Of a stretch of DNA of 59,924 bases, positions 8,520 to 19,300 are shown one piece after another. The stretch is from a virus (Duplodnaviria; Caudoviricetes). The notes below the pieces were generated by a model. It saw only the letters and a program-made list of their open reading frames with translations. It was not told the DNA's origin and did not search any database. The position numbers and the translations under genes are program-made. Each line of letters begins with the position of its first letter. Positions within the stretch are counted from its first letter, which is position 1. The stretch covers positions 1 to 59,924 of the IMG/VR virus record IMGVR_UViG_3300020442_000563. One strand, given 5' to 3'.

Positions 8520-9143
8520 TCATTTAAAGAACGTTCCATAATCTATATGCACATTTGTTGCTATACAGATGCGATCTTCATTACCAAAATGAGGTGTTGT
8601 GGAGTGTGGTAACCAACCAGGAAATATCAAACCAAATCCTTCTACAGGACTATATCTCATAGGAGATGGCATCATATTCCTGTCAAATAGAGATGCAGGT
8701 CTTGGATCATGATATTCAAATACACCTTCATCTTGATACATCTTAGGAACTTTACAATAATAAACCGAAGATAAATCAGCGCCTGGATGCATGTGATACT
8801 TAGAACATGATCCAGAACCATAAATCATAGCCCATGAAGTCATTCTTGTATGTTCCCCTAAGACTGTATCACTAATACGAGGAACATACTCTAACACTAC
8901 TTCACTAATTTTTTTATGAAATTCTTTTATAAAAGGATTGTCTCTACGCAACAAATCATCTGGAGTATGGTATCCATTTACTCCAGACATAGATCTTTGT
9001 AATGATGGTTCGTTGTCTCTAATCTCATACAGAAACTTAACTAACCCTTCATTTAATTGTTTAGAATTTTCAATTTCAAATTTCCCCACTGGCGTAGGAA
9101 AAGCATTAGTTATCTCCATACAGTTCAATCTTTGTGGCATCAA
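8520..9143 (-). CDS. 2OG-Fe(II) oxygenase-like protein (TIGR02466-type)
   Basis: HMHP..LSSVYY, DPRP, IFPGWLPH and RICIATN pattern. Confidence 0.85.
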   Translation of the reverse strand: MMPQRLNCMEITNAFPTPVGKFEIENSKQLNEGLVKFLYEIRDNEPSLQRSMSGVNGYHTPDDLLRRDNPFIKEFHKKISEVVLEYVPRISDTVLGEHTRMTSWAMIYGSGSCSKYHMHPGADLSSVYYCKVPKMYQDEGVFEYHDPRPASLFDRNMMPSPMRYSPVEGFGLIFPGWLPHSTTPHFGNEDRICIATNVHIDYGTFFK

Positions 9144-9170
9144 ACAATTAAATGATACCTATATTAGCAT

Positions 9171-9197
9171 AAAAAAAGAGGGGTAACAACCCCTCTT
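9171..9197 (-). terminator. intrinsic terminator
   Basis: Minus strand AAGAGGGG-TTGTTA-CCCCTCTT followed by a T-tract, just after the tail chaperone gene. Confidence 0.8.
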
Positions 9198-9205
9198 GTT
9201 ATTTA

Positions 9206-9700
9206 TTAAGTGTTCCAAGAATCACCATTTGGATGCTCTGGCCACGTTACATCATAAGGATCTGGAGTATTTGCTGGTAAATCTCTTAATGCTTTACGAT
9301 ATGTTTTAATTGCAGCAGGCATTGTTACATCAGAGTTGCCATAATAATCTGTTAATGACAGAAGATAATCTCTTCTTGCTCTTAAATCAGTATATGCTCT
9401 GGCTTTAGCGGATGCTTCTTCTTCAGCAGACATAGTTCTGTCTACTGTTTTCCAAGCATTTGACCAATGACCAGTTTCTAATTCTACGTCTTCATCAGCA
9501 GCAAATTCTTTGTTGTATTTACCACTTAGAAAAGATTCGTCTGGCATTGGGGTGTTGTCATATTTGACATAACCAGCAGAAACAATAGCAGATAAATCGT
9601 CAAGATCTACACTTGGAAGAATTTCTTGTAAATTCTTTTTACTAATTAGTCCACCTGTGGGACTACTACCATCTAGTTTTTTATATGTTTGGCAAGACAT
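9206..9700 (-). CDS. tail fibre assembly chaperone-like protein
   Basis: LRARRDYLLSLTD...YRKALRDLP...VTWP pattern; directly follows a fibre tip gene. Confidence 0.8.
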   Translation of the reverse strand: MSCQTYKKLDGSSPTGGLISKKNLQEILPSVDLDDLSAIVSAGYVKYDNTPMPDESFLSGKYNKEFAADEDVELETGHWSNAWKTVDRTMSAEEEASAKARAYTDLRARRDYLLSLTDYYGNSDVTMPAAIKTYRKALRDLPANTPDPYDVTWPEHPNGDSWNT

Positions 9701-9715
9701 TTGTAAATCCTCTCT

Positions 9716-10912
9716 TTATACTTGTGCTGCGTTGTTAGGGAAGCTTCTATTAACACCCCAGATGATTCTTACAGCGCCACCCGCAGGTCCATTGCCAGAA
9801 CCGCTGGATTGACAACCACCATGACCGCCACCAGGGAAACCACCGTTTCCACCATTTTGACCTTGACCTGCTCCACCATTACCACCACCAGAACCGCCGT
9901 TACCGCCTGATCCATTGTTGCTGTTTTGTGCTTGACCTTGACCGCCAGTACCGTTGGAACCTATGCCATAGATACCTGTGCCGCCGCCACCGCCGCCACC
10001 CATTTCGGACTGACCGCCTTTGCCGCCGCCACCACCAGCGCCTCCACTACCACTAGAACCATTGGATGCACCAGTATTAGGAGCAGAAGCACCAGCACCA
10101 CCAGCACCACTGTATCCACCTGCGGCACCGCCGCCAGGACCACCGTGGTTACTGCTGTCTTGACCGCCAGAACCGCCAGATCCACCACCATCATAGTTGC
10201 CTCCAACGGTGCCACCAGATCCAGGATTACCGCCACTACTGCCATCACCATTTCCACCACCGCCGCCATTGGCGACAGCATAATCAACACCACCATAATT
10301 AAACTTGGATAGTCCACCAGCGTTACCATTGTTTCCACTATGGTTACCAGGTCCACCAACAGTCACTGTACCAGTAGAACCAGGTGTTACTGAGATACTA
10401 TTTTTCCATGCTAGGGCACCACCGCCACCAGCTTGTCCAGAGTTACCAATGCCGTTTTTTCCACCAGCACCAACACAAACAACGCATAACTGAGTTACGT
10501 TAGCAGGAACTGTAAATGTGTAAGTTCCAGCACTTGTGTACTCCTGGTTTCCTGGAGGAGCAGAAGCTCTGAATGGTGCAACCTCGTCCTGTTGAACTAA
10601 CCAACCCTTAGTACTATCTGCATAAACTAAAGTTACACCAGTACCAGAATCATTAAAAATTGGGTTAGTATCACCACCTGCCATCTTATGACCATTAAGG
10701 TTAATGGTTAGGTTGTTTGAACCCCATGTCCTAGCATAGTCATTAAGTTCAATGGTGTCGCCCAAACTAGCAGAGGCAGGCAAGGTTACTGTAATTGCAC
10801 CACCACTGGTGTTTACGGGATACCCCTTTCCTGCTTCCATGGTAAGAGCAGATGTAATAGGAGCTTGCCACTCAACAAACCCAGGTGGAAAAAAATCTTT
10901 TAAGTTTGACAT
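9716..10912 (-). CDS. glycine-rich tail fibre tip/adhesin
   Basis: N-terminal gp34-like repeat domain (NTSGGAITVTLP...GD...), then TYTFTVP, polyglycine runs and a GAVRIIW end. Confidence 0.8.
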   Translation of the reverse strand: MSNLKDFFPPGFVEWQAPITSALTMEAGKGYPVNTSGGAITVTLPASASLGDTIELNDYARTWGSNNLTINLNGHKMAGGDTNPIFNDSGTGVTLVYADSTKGWLVQQDEVAPFRASAPPGNQEYTSAGTYTFTVPANVTQLCVVCVGAGGKNGIGNSGQAGGGGALAWKNSISVTPGSTGTVTVGGPGNHSGNNGNAGGLSKFNYGGVDYAVANGGGGGNGDGSSGGNPGSGGTVGGNYDGGGSGGSGGQDSSNHGGPGGGAAGGYSGAGGAGASAPNTGASNGSSGSGGAGGGGGKGGQSEMGGGGGGGTGIYGIGSNGTGGQGQAQNSNNGSGGNGGSGGGNGGAGQGQNGGNGGFPGGGHGGCQSSGSGNGPAGGAVRIIWGVNRSFPNNAAQV

Positions 10913-10940
10913 TGTTTACTATAATACCTCTGTATGAATT

Positions 10941-10948
10941 TATTTATA
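10941..10948 (-). promoter_or_regulatory. late promoter TATAAATA
   Basis: Perfect T4 late consensus, intergenic. Confidence 0.8.
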
Positions 10949-10951
10949 AAT

Positions 10952-13900
10952 TTATGCTAGATTCAAGAACTTCCAACCGTAAGTGCTGCCAGTGTAAACA
11001 AGGGAGAACGCATTGTTGGCACCGTCTACGGTCATGTCTTGAGCAATGTTCATAATATCTTGACCATTTCTAGCAATCACAAGTGGGTTTGTACCAAATG
11101 TACCAGCTAGATCCATGAAGGAGACCTCATCACCAACATTTGGACTTGAAGGTAATGTAATTGTAAGTGCAGAACTAGTAGTATCTACAAACAATCTATC
11201 TCCAGCAGATGCGATGTAATTGGCAGACTTGGTTGCCCATGGGTTACCACCACCAATACCACTCCAAGCAGTTCCGTTGTAACCTTCAAAACTGTTGCTG
11301 CTAGTGTTGAATCTCAACATACCAGCGGCACCTGTAGGTCTTTGGTTCTCTAGACCAGCTGGAACCTTAAGACTGCCAGTACCACTACAAGTCACATTGC
11401 CAGCTACTGTAAGTGCAGTTAGTGTACCAACAGATGTTAGTGAAGATGATGTAACTCCAGTACCAAGTCCACCACCTGTTAGAACATCAACATTACCAAT
11501 TCTAAATGCTAGACCAGCACTAAGATTGACTTTTTGGTTGAAGTCAAAACTATCATTGGCATTTGACCAAGTAATTGTTTTATCACTAGAACCCTTAAAT
11601 GTCAAACCTGCGCCATCACAAGTTGCGTCTGTTGGACTAGCAACCTTGGCAAGTTCAATGTTCTTATCAGCTACACTCAAAGTAGTAGAATCAACAGTAG
11701 TGGTTGTACCACTAACTGTTAGATTACCACCAACAGTGAGGTTACCTGCAACACTAGAAAGGTTATCAACGTAAGTCTTAACTGCTTTCTGAGTTGGAAC
11801 TTTAGAATCAGTATTCTGTGATAGAGATCCATCTGTTGAGAACTCATCAATTGTAGCACCCAACTGAGCACCAATAGCACCTAGTCTCAATGTATCAAGA
11901 CCAGTTAGGTCAAAGGCATTAGCATTTAGTGTTGCCTTACCAGTAGACTGCTCAACCTTGAAGAAGTTACCAACTGCAAAGTTACCATCTTGGTCAGTAG
12001 ATACGTAGTAAACACGACCTGGACGTAGTTCGTCAATTTCATAAGAAGGTTCATTCTGTTGTTGTGGAAGACCAGGCCAGTTTGTTTGTGCTCTGTTTCC
12101 AGTACCAACTTCTAGGAAGTCGTGTGCAGTTAGACGCACCTGTGAATATTGATAACGAATCCTAAAGTCTTGACCATCACCAGCAGGGACTACCTTCTCA
12201 TCAGATAGAGTTGCAATAACAATACCTGTATTGTCAGTAGTGACAGCGGTAATCTTCATGAACTCGTTGTCAATCTTGATGTAGTCACCTGCACCAAAAC
12301 TAACGTTTGAAGTCTTGACTCTGGCATTGCCAGTAACACCCATGTCTTCAATTAGTTCATCTTGTGTAGCAGACTTAGTACCAAGAATGATAATATTATC
12401 ACCAGATGTATGTGCTGCTGCTGTTGTTCCTTCTTGAGCACGTTCAACAGAAACTGTATCTGCATCAACGAAGGAAGCAATCTTGAATAGTTCTGTTCCT
12501 ACAATTAGATAACCATTAACAACCATGTGGGTAACAGCGTTAACGTCCATGTTAATAGGACCTGCTGCACCAGCAGAAATATTATTCTGCAACGTTGCTG
12601 TATTTGTATTGGTATCAAAGTAAGCAATCTGTGAAGTACCATCATGAGCAGCTGCGGTAGAACCTAACTGTGCTCTGTTGACTGTAAGAGTACCTCTACC
12701 ATCAGGTGTAGTGTAACTAGATTTTTGAATAACGTAAGAACTAGGATCGTTATTACTACCATTATCTACAAATTCAATAGAACCGCCTGGTGCAGGAGCA
12801 GCATCTAGTCCTTCCAAGATCATGACGAATCCCTTGGAACCAGTTACAGCGTTGCTAGACTCCAGAGTAATAGTTGCACCAGATGTAGCACCCGTAATAA
12901 CTTCACCATCTTGGAATGTGCCCTTAACAGGTAAGTAGTAGATGCGGTTTGCTTGAGCAGTTTGATCACTTCTTAAGTCACCGATAGCACCTGATGTACC
13001 ACCAGTAATTCTTTCACCCGCTGCAATGAATGTACCACTCTTAGCAGCTTGTGGATTTGTGGTAAGCATCAAACCTTCATTCTTACCATTCTTGGTAACT
13101 TCATCAGCATTGAATCCTCTAGATAAGCAACCATACTTACCATAAGAAGAGTTACCAGATACAGCACGAATCTTACCACCACCAGTGGAGACGTAAGAGA
13201 TGTGAGCATAGTAAGTGAAGCAAGACACAACTTCCATTGCAGAAGTGCCCTTACAATAGAATCCTACACCGCCCTCTAAGACCTGTGTGAAGGAGTCAAA
13301 CACCATTGACTTAAAGGAGGGGGTAGCAGAGTTATCAAAGTGCTTGTGGGCGTTTCCATCGCAGTATACGGAGACACCTGCACCACCGATAGCAGAGCAG
13401 TTTTGAACGTAAGGTGATTTTGTAATAGGAGAGTCTGGATCTAACTTAACATAGACACCTTTGATAGTAGAATTATCAATATCTTTATCATCGCTACCAT
13501 TAGGAACAAATCCTGTCATACCACCCATCAAAAAGTCTTTGATGATGGTGTGTGTTGCCATGAAGAACATGGTTGACTCTGCATTACTAACAGTAGTTGC
13601 AGTAGCGATGTTAATATATGGTTCTGTTTTGGTAGCATGAGTCATGTTACCATTTGCAGAAGCAGTTGTGATAATTGCTGCTAAAGTTGTAGCAGCACTA
13701 CGAACTTGAGCACACTTTGGATTTCCAGTATCACTAGTTCCAGTAAATCCAACAGGAGTTAAGTTGTTACCTGTTGAAGGTGAAATTGTTTCTCCATTGA
13801 ATAACTTAAGAGCATTATCTCTAATGTTATTAATTAAGAATTGGTCTTGTGCTTGAACACTAGTAATTGGTGTACCGCCAACAAACGCTGTACCATAATC

Positions 13901-15523
13901 ATGAACTTTATTGTTGCTACCGTGCTTGATGTTGTAACCTAAAGCATCAATAAACGCCTCTAGACGAGCCTCAATGGCGGATTGTGTGCCAGTAACATTT
14001 GATCCATTTGCTACATTGTACGCATAGTATGCTTCTCTAGCAAGGAACGCTTTGTTATTGATAACTAAATCACGACCATCTGCATGTTTATTATCTACAA
14101 TATCAACATACTTGTCGGTAGTAGTCCATGACCCACCAGAAACAGTAAGGATAGAAATTGTAGTTCCGACTTTATCAAGAACCTTTGCAACCTTAGATCC
14201 TGTTGAATCTGTAATAGTTTCGCCAAGTCTGATGTGAGAAACATCTTGAGCGAGAGCAAGATCTTGCTCATTAGAATTGCCAGATTTGGCATTAACAATG
14301 GTGTTTCTAATGTTATCACCAACTAAAGTTACATAGTTTGGTAGGTGAATTGGTAGTGTTTCATTGTAAACACCAGATTTCACATAGATTGTAACTGGAT
14401 TTGATGCTGATGGAGAAGCATTAGCAGAAACATAATCGGTAGCATATCTAATAGAAGCAAATGCTCTACTGATTTGATCACCAGCGTTTGCATCACTACC
14501 TTCTTCTGAAACGTAGTAAACTGTACCTGTTACGTTATTCTTTTCCCATCTTGGTAGTAATGGAGAACCACCAACTGTTAGAACTTGTCCACTTGCAGCA
14601 GCTTGTTCAGCAGCAGTACCAGTTGAACCAGCAGGAAGTGCAATTCTGTTAATACCAGATGCAGATTGATAAAGTAGGTCACCCTGTGTGGTTAATACCT
14701 GAGCAGCAGATCCACCTTGAGCAATGTAATTCCAGTAATTTCCTGAAGGATCATTTGCTGGAGATTTTGCAACTCCTTCTACATCATCAGCAATACAAAC
14801 ATAAGTGTTGCTGTTTGCAGTAACACAATCACCTTTTTGATAGACATTAGAAGCTGCCCAGTTACCATTCCACTCAAAACCTTTTGCTAATACATTCCAG
14901 TATGTAGTGTCGTGAGGTTTGTTACCGATAGAATTTAATTTACATTCGTAACTATAACCACCAAATCTAACAAGATCACCTGGAGCATAGTTAGTGGAAG
15001 CACTGTATACACCTTGGTTTTTGAAACCTGTTGTTAGTACATCCCAATTAGTAGGATCAAGGTTGGGAGAATCGGTAGCACCGCTATGATCTTTCTTAGC
15101 AGTATAAGTGTAACCACCGTAGTTTACAATATCACCTTTTTGGTAGACAGTTCCAGCAACCCAAGTGCTTTCAAATTTAAGACCTTCAACATAAGTTTCA
15201 AAATTGGCAGCAGCAAAAGAAGCACCAGAAGTATGTGCTGCAATAACACGGTATTGATTGTTACCATACTTAACTACGTCGTTAAGTTTGTACCAAGTAG
15301 AGGCAGCCCAATCCCCCTTGCTAGTTAGTCCTTCTGTGTGAAGAGACCAGTTACCAATATCAGAGGAATAGAATAAATTCTCATTCGCAGCTGCGGTGTG
15401 GTTAGTTGTACAAACATAGGAGTTTGCACCGTACTTGACAATATCGTCAATGACGTAAGAAGTGCCAGCTGCCCATGCACCTTGCCACTTAAACTTCAGT
15501 CTGCCGAGTCTAAAATCTGCCAT
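10952..15523 (-). CDS. long tail fibre / virion structural protein
   Basis: N-terminal W/Y..DxVxY repeats, a beta-helix-like region (VYYVS...IYVKSGVYNE), VxRAQxGT repeats and a C-terminal gp34-like domain. Confidence 0.85.
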   Translation of the reverse strand: MADFRLGRLKFKWQGAWAAGTSYVIDDIVKYGANSYVCTTNHTAAANENLFYSSDIGNWSLHTEGLTSKGDWAASTWYKLNDVVKYGNNQYRVIAAHTSGASFAAANFETYVEGLKFESTWVAGTVYQKGDIVNYGGYTYTAKKDHSGATDSPNLDPTNWDVLTTGFKNQGVYSASTNYAPGDLVRFGGYSYECKLNSIGNKPHDTTYWNVLAKGFEWNGNWAASNVYQKGDCVTANSNTYVCIADDVEGVAKSPANDPSGNYWNYIAQGGSAAQVLTTQGDLLYQSASGINRIALPAGSTGTAAEQAAASGQVLTVGGSPLLPRWEKNNVTGTVYYVSEEGSDANAGDQISRAFASIRYATDYVSANASPSASNPVTIYVKSGVYNETLPIHLPNYVTLVGDNIRNTIVNAKSGNSNEQDLALAQDVSHIRLGETITDSTGSKVAKVLDKVGTTISILTVSGGSWTTTDKYVDIVDNKHADGRDLVINNKAFLAREAYYAYNVANGSNVTGTQSAIEARLEAFIDALGYNIKHGSNNKVHDYGTAFVGGTPITSVQAQDQFLINNIRDNALKLFNGETISPSTGNNLTPVGFTGTSDTGNPKCAQVRSAATTLAAIITTASANGNMTHATKTEPYINIATATTVSNAESTMFFMATHTIIKDFLMGGMTGFVPNGSDDKDIDNSTIKGVYVKLDPDSPITKSPYVQNCSAIGGAGVSVYCDGNAHKHFDNSATPSFKSMVFDSFTQVLEGGVGFYCKGTSAMEVVSCFTYYAHISYVSTGGGKIRAVSGNSSYGKYGCLSRGFNADEVTKNGKNEGLMLTTNPQAAKSGTFIAAGERITGGTSGAIGDLRSDQTAQANRIYYLPVKGTFQDGEVITGATSGATITLESSNAVTGSKGFVMILEGLDAAPAPGGSIEFVDNGSNNDPSSYVIQKSSYTTPDGRGTLTVNRAQLGSTAAAHDGTSQIAYFDTNTNTATLQNNISAGAAGPINMDVNAVTHMVVNGYLIVGTELFKIASFVDADTVSVERAQEGTTAAAHTSGDNIIILGTKSATQDELIEDMGVTGNARVKTSNVSFGAGDYIKIDNEFMKITAVTTDNTGIVIATLSDEKVVPAGDGQDFRIRYQYSQVRLTAHDFLEVGTGNRAQTNWPGLPQQQNEPSYEIDELRPGRVYYVSTDQDGNFAVGNFFKVEQSTGKATLNANAFDLTGLDTLRLGAIGAQLGATIDEFSTDGSLSQNTDSKVPTQKAVKTYVDNLSSVAGNLTVGGNLTVSGTTTTVDSTTLSVADKNIELAKVASPTDATCDGAGLTFKGSSDKTITWSNANDSFDFNQKVNLSAGLAFRIGNVDVLTGGGLGTGVTSSSLTSVGTLTALTVAGNVTCSGTGSLKVPAGLENQRPTGAAGMLRFNTSSNSFEGYNGTAWSGIGGGNPWATKSANYIASAGDRLFVDTTSSALTITLPSSPNVGDEVSFMDLAGTFGTNPLVIARNGQDIMNIAQDMTVDGANNAFSLVYTGSTYGWKFLNLA

Positions 15524-15534
15524 TTGTAAAAATC

Positions 15535-15900
15535 CTACTTAGGTCCGTTTGTTGTGTGATCATATGTTTTATTTAGTCTTGCGACTAAGTAACCCTCATC
15601 ATCAATAAAATAAGTCAAATTCCTAAAATCAAATCTGAATTGTTGATACTTATCGTTGGGGTCATTTGTATATGTTTTTGCTCCTGAATTGGCATTAACA
15701 TACTCAGTTCCCTGAAGGAAATCTGTATACTCTTCGCCATCAGTTCTGTGAAAATCAAAAACAGCATCTTCAGTAGACCTTGCTTTGGTGTAGTGAAGCA
15801 TACCATCCTTATCTCTACGAAGAGCATGAACAGTAAAATCGTTTGATTGTGCAACTGTCTGTCCGACAACAGCAGTACTTGCGCTTAGATATAAAGCCAT
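15535..15900 (-). CDS. conserved structural-region protein (121 aa)
   Basis: Probable start MALYLSAS at 15900 (TAATG coupling). Confidence 0.75.
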   Translation of the reverse strand: MALYLSASTAVVGQTVAQSNDFTVHALRRDKDGMLHYTKARSTEDAVFDFHRTDGEEYTDFLQGTEYVNANSGAKTYTNDPNDKYQQFRFDFRNLTYFIDDEGYLVARLNKTYDHTTNGPK

Positions 15901-16361
15901 TACGCTAAAATCCTCCAGTGAGTTCCGTCCCAAACAAACTGGGCGTATAGTCCAGCAACATCAAGAATAAATGTGGTATCTGTACTTCCGAAAATATCCA
16001 GAAACTTCTGCGAACCACTTGCAGTTAAAGTTACATTATTTAGTGCCCACGTTGTTTTAAAGTCAACAACTTCAAGCATGTCTCCTATATGGGGGACAAC
16101 ACCATTTTGTTCATAGGGCATTGTTAGTGTTAGAGGTCCACCAGAGGTATCTAGCAGATATCTAAGTCCACAATCAAGTTGTCTGTTGGAATTGACATGT
16201 TCCCAACGAGCTCGTTGAAGTTCATATCCTCCAACATCAGTACCATCATGTACAACGGCAGTTTTTTTCTTGGTGTCAACTGTAATTTCAGCATTAGCAC
16301 CAGTAAACTGAGCGTGTTCAGTGGTAGTACCCTTCCTAAATTGTACTTGGGTTGTAGCCAT
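15900..16361 (-). CDS. fibre connector: Mtd-N-like N-terminus plus gp34-like domain
   Basis: VQFRKGTT..H..FTGA..EITVDT..VVHDG; DTSGGPLTLTMP...GD. ATAAATA at 16389-16395 upstream. Confidence 0.75.
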   Translation of the reverse strand: MATTQVQFRKGTTTEHAQFTGANAEITVDTKKKTAVVHDGTDVGGYELQRARWEHVNSNRQLDCGLRYLLDTSGGPLTLTMPYEQNGVVPHIGDMLEVVDFKTTWALNNVTLTASGSQKFLDIFGSTDTTFILDVAGLYAQFVWDGTHWRILA

Positions 16362-16398
16362 CTACATTTACACACTTTTCTCACATTATATTTATGGT

Positions 16399-19300
16399 TT
16401 AAATAATCCAGACCTGTGTAAATGGTGGTTGGAATAGTTGTACTTGTACTATTGCAATACCAGAAAGCCTGATGGTTCCGCTGCCTTGATATGGCGCACG
16501 TACATATGCGTCATCGGCATTATTAACATTAGAGATTCTACCAGAACCTTGATATGAGCGAGTACGGAGATCAATGCTATCTCCTGTAATATCAATCTCA
16601 ACTCTTGGTTGTTCAGCGAATGTGAGTAGTGGATCTCCAGATGTTCCTCTGATTGCAAGAGTTCCACCTGCACTGATAAGTTTGGATGCTCTTCTTTGTT
16701 GACCTTGACCTGTAAAGGAGAAGAGCATTTGCTCTTCTGTTGGATTGAAGGTAAGAGATTCTGCTGCACCAGATAGTTTTCTGAGTGAACCAAATCCAAC
16801 AAAGTCTCTTGCTCTGACGACAGTTGCATCTCCAGAAACTCTTGCTGTACCAGAACCAATGTATACAGGAGAGAAACGTGCAACAGAATCGCCAAGTGTT
16901 CTGACTGTTCCTTGACCAACTTTGTCTCTTGCTCTTGTAGTCGTAGCCTGACCCAAGATAGAGAAGAGCATTTGCTTCTCGTCTGGGTTGACTGTAATAG
17001 ACTCCGCTGCACCACTGAGTTTTCTGAGAGAACCAGATCCAATGTAAGGTCTGCTGCGTGCAATATCGCCATCGCCATATACTCTGAATAGAGATGGCAA
17101 TGTAGTAATATCAATTGCTCTAGATTCTGCTGCACCACTGAGTTTTCTAAGTGAACCAGATCCAGCAAAGTCTCTTGCTCTAACTGCGTTGGCATCACCA
17201 GTAACGAAGATAGTACCCGAACCAATATTGTTTGGAACGAGAACAATTCTTGCATCACCACTGAGTTTGACAGTTCCACCCTTACTAATTTCTCTAGCAA
17301 GTCTGCTTTCAGAACCTTGACCTGTGAAGGAGAAGAGCATTTGCTCTTCTGTAGGATTAACAGTGAGAGACTCAGCAGCACCACTGAATTTCTTAAGTGA
17401 ACCAGAACCAATCCAAACTGGAGCGAATCTATATGCTGCGTAAACACGAACCTTGATTCCACCAGAAGTATTCCAGTTAGGTACGAATCTGATATCCGAA
17501 GCTTCTGGATATATTTTGAGTCCACCAGATCCAACTTCAACAGAAGTAACTGCATCACTTCCTTGACCTGTGAAGGAGAAGAGCATTTGACGCTCTTCTG
17601 GATTGAAGGTAAGTGCTTCGGCAGCGCCACTGAATTTCTTGAATGTTCCAGAACCGACGTGAGATACAGATCTGACATTGAGAGATATGCCAGAAACTGT
17701 GAACAGACCAGTAGTTTCGTATGCAGCAGCAGATACAACTGTTGCACTATTGAAGCTGAATAGTCTGCCGTCTCCTTCTGGAGGAACTGCAACTGTTCTC
17801 TCGGATCCTGTTCCTGTAAAGGAGAATAGAAGTTGTCTTTCGTCTGGGTTGACTGTAATAGACTCGGCAGCACCGCTGAATTTCCTGAGAGAACCAGAAC
17901 CAATATGGCGTAAAGTTGCTCTTGCAAATACATCTCCAGAAATTGCAACACGAACTTCTGGTTGCTCTGCGAATGTAAGAATTTCTGGTTCTGTTGTCCC
18001 ACGAAGACGAAGTTCTGCAACTTCTTCTGGAGGATTTGCAGAGAATACTTCCGTTCCAGATCCAGTAAAGGAGAAGAGCATTTGCTTCTCTTCTGGATTG
18101 AACGTGATGGATTCTGCTGCTCCAGAGAATTTCTTGAATGTTCCAGAACCAATGTATACAGGAGAGAATCTTGCATCTGCAACACCAGAAATTGCAATGC
18201 GAACTTCTGGTTGCTCTGCGAATGTACGAATTTCTGGAGCAGTAGAACCAGATAGACGAATTTCTGTTCCTTTCTCTGGTGGATTTGCAACAAAGACTTC
18301 TGCACCAACTCCAGTAAAGGAGAAGAGCATCTGTCTTTCCAGTGGATTGAATGTTGCAGACTCTGCTGCACCACTGAATTTTCTGAGAGAACCAGATCCA
18401 ACATGACTTGCTGGAGTAAAGGATTCTTGCTTCGTTCCAGATACGGTAATGATACCTGAGCCTGGATGTAGAAGACTGAATAATGTATATCCTTCCGATC
18501 CAAATCTGAAGAGACCACCAGAAACTGCACCAATTGATGTAGATTCTGCTGCACCTGAGAATGCATAAAGTACACCAGATCCAATATGTGGTGCTGGAGT
18601 ATAAGATTCTGTTGCTGTACCTGTAATATTGGACAGACCATCCGCAAGATATGGAGGAGTCCAGAAAGTTTTTGCTTCACCAAATAGTGTGATACCAGAC
18701 TTACCACTAACGGCAAGACCAGTAGAGACAATATTCTCAACGTAGTGTGTCTTAGCAACACCTGTAATTTTGAATGCACCAAATGGACATTTCTTAGAAC
18801 GAGTTCCAAGAATGTGTCCGTAATCTCTTCTTTCTGGTGCATTCGCTTCAGAAACAAGACCGTAATCTTCAGTAACAGATGGAGTTGTTAACTGATTTGG
18901 AATTGTATATGTAACACCTGGTGCAATAGCAAGTGTTGTATTAGGTGCAACCTTGATACAACCATTTGCAGCAGTTGTGTTTGTGGATATAGTTCCACTA
19001 TTCTGAACACAATTAGTTAGATTTTGATTAACAAGATCACCGTAATCAAGATCTACATCATCTACACATGCAGAATTATTATATGCCTCTGTATGTTTCT
19101 CGTGAGATTCTTCAAGGTTTAACCACTTGAGTTGTACAGGACCAAGGTTGGTATTTGCTTGGTTGTAGAAATCAATGTTGCCGAGATTAATGTAAGCATT
19201 GTAAAGACTGTAGAAGTCAAGAGTAAATGCTCCAAGTTCACTAAGCTCGTATGTTTGTGGTTTTCTTGGATTAACATTGAGTGTACCACTACCAACATAA

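Noticed and set aside
9740-10430. GC-rich CCGCCA/CCACCA low-complexity tract and overlapping ORFs
   Set aside because: Explained by polyglycine codons of the adhesin.
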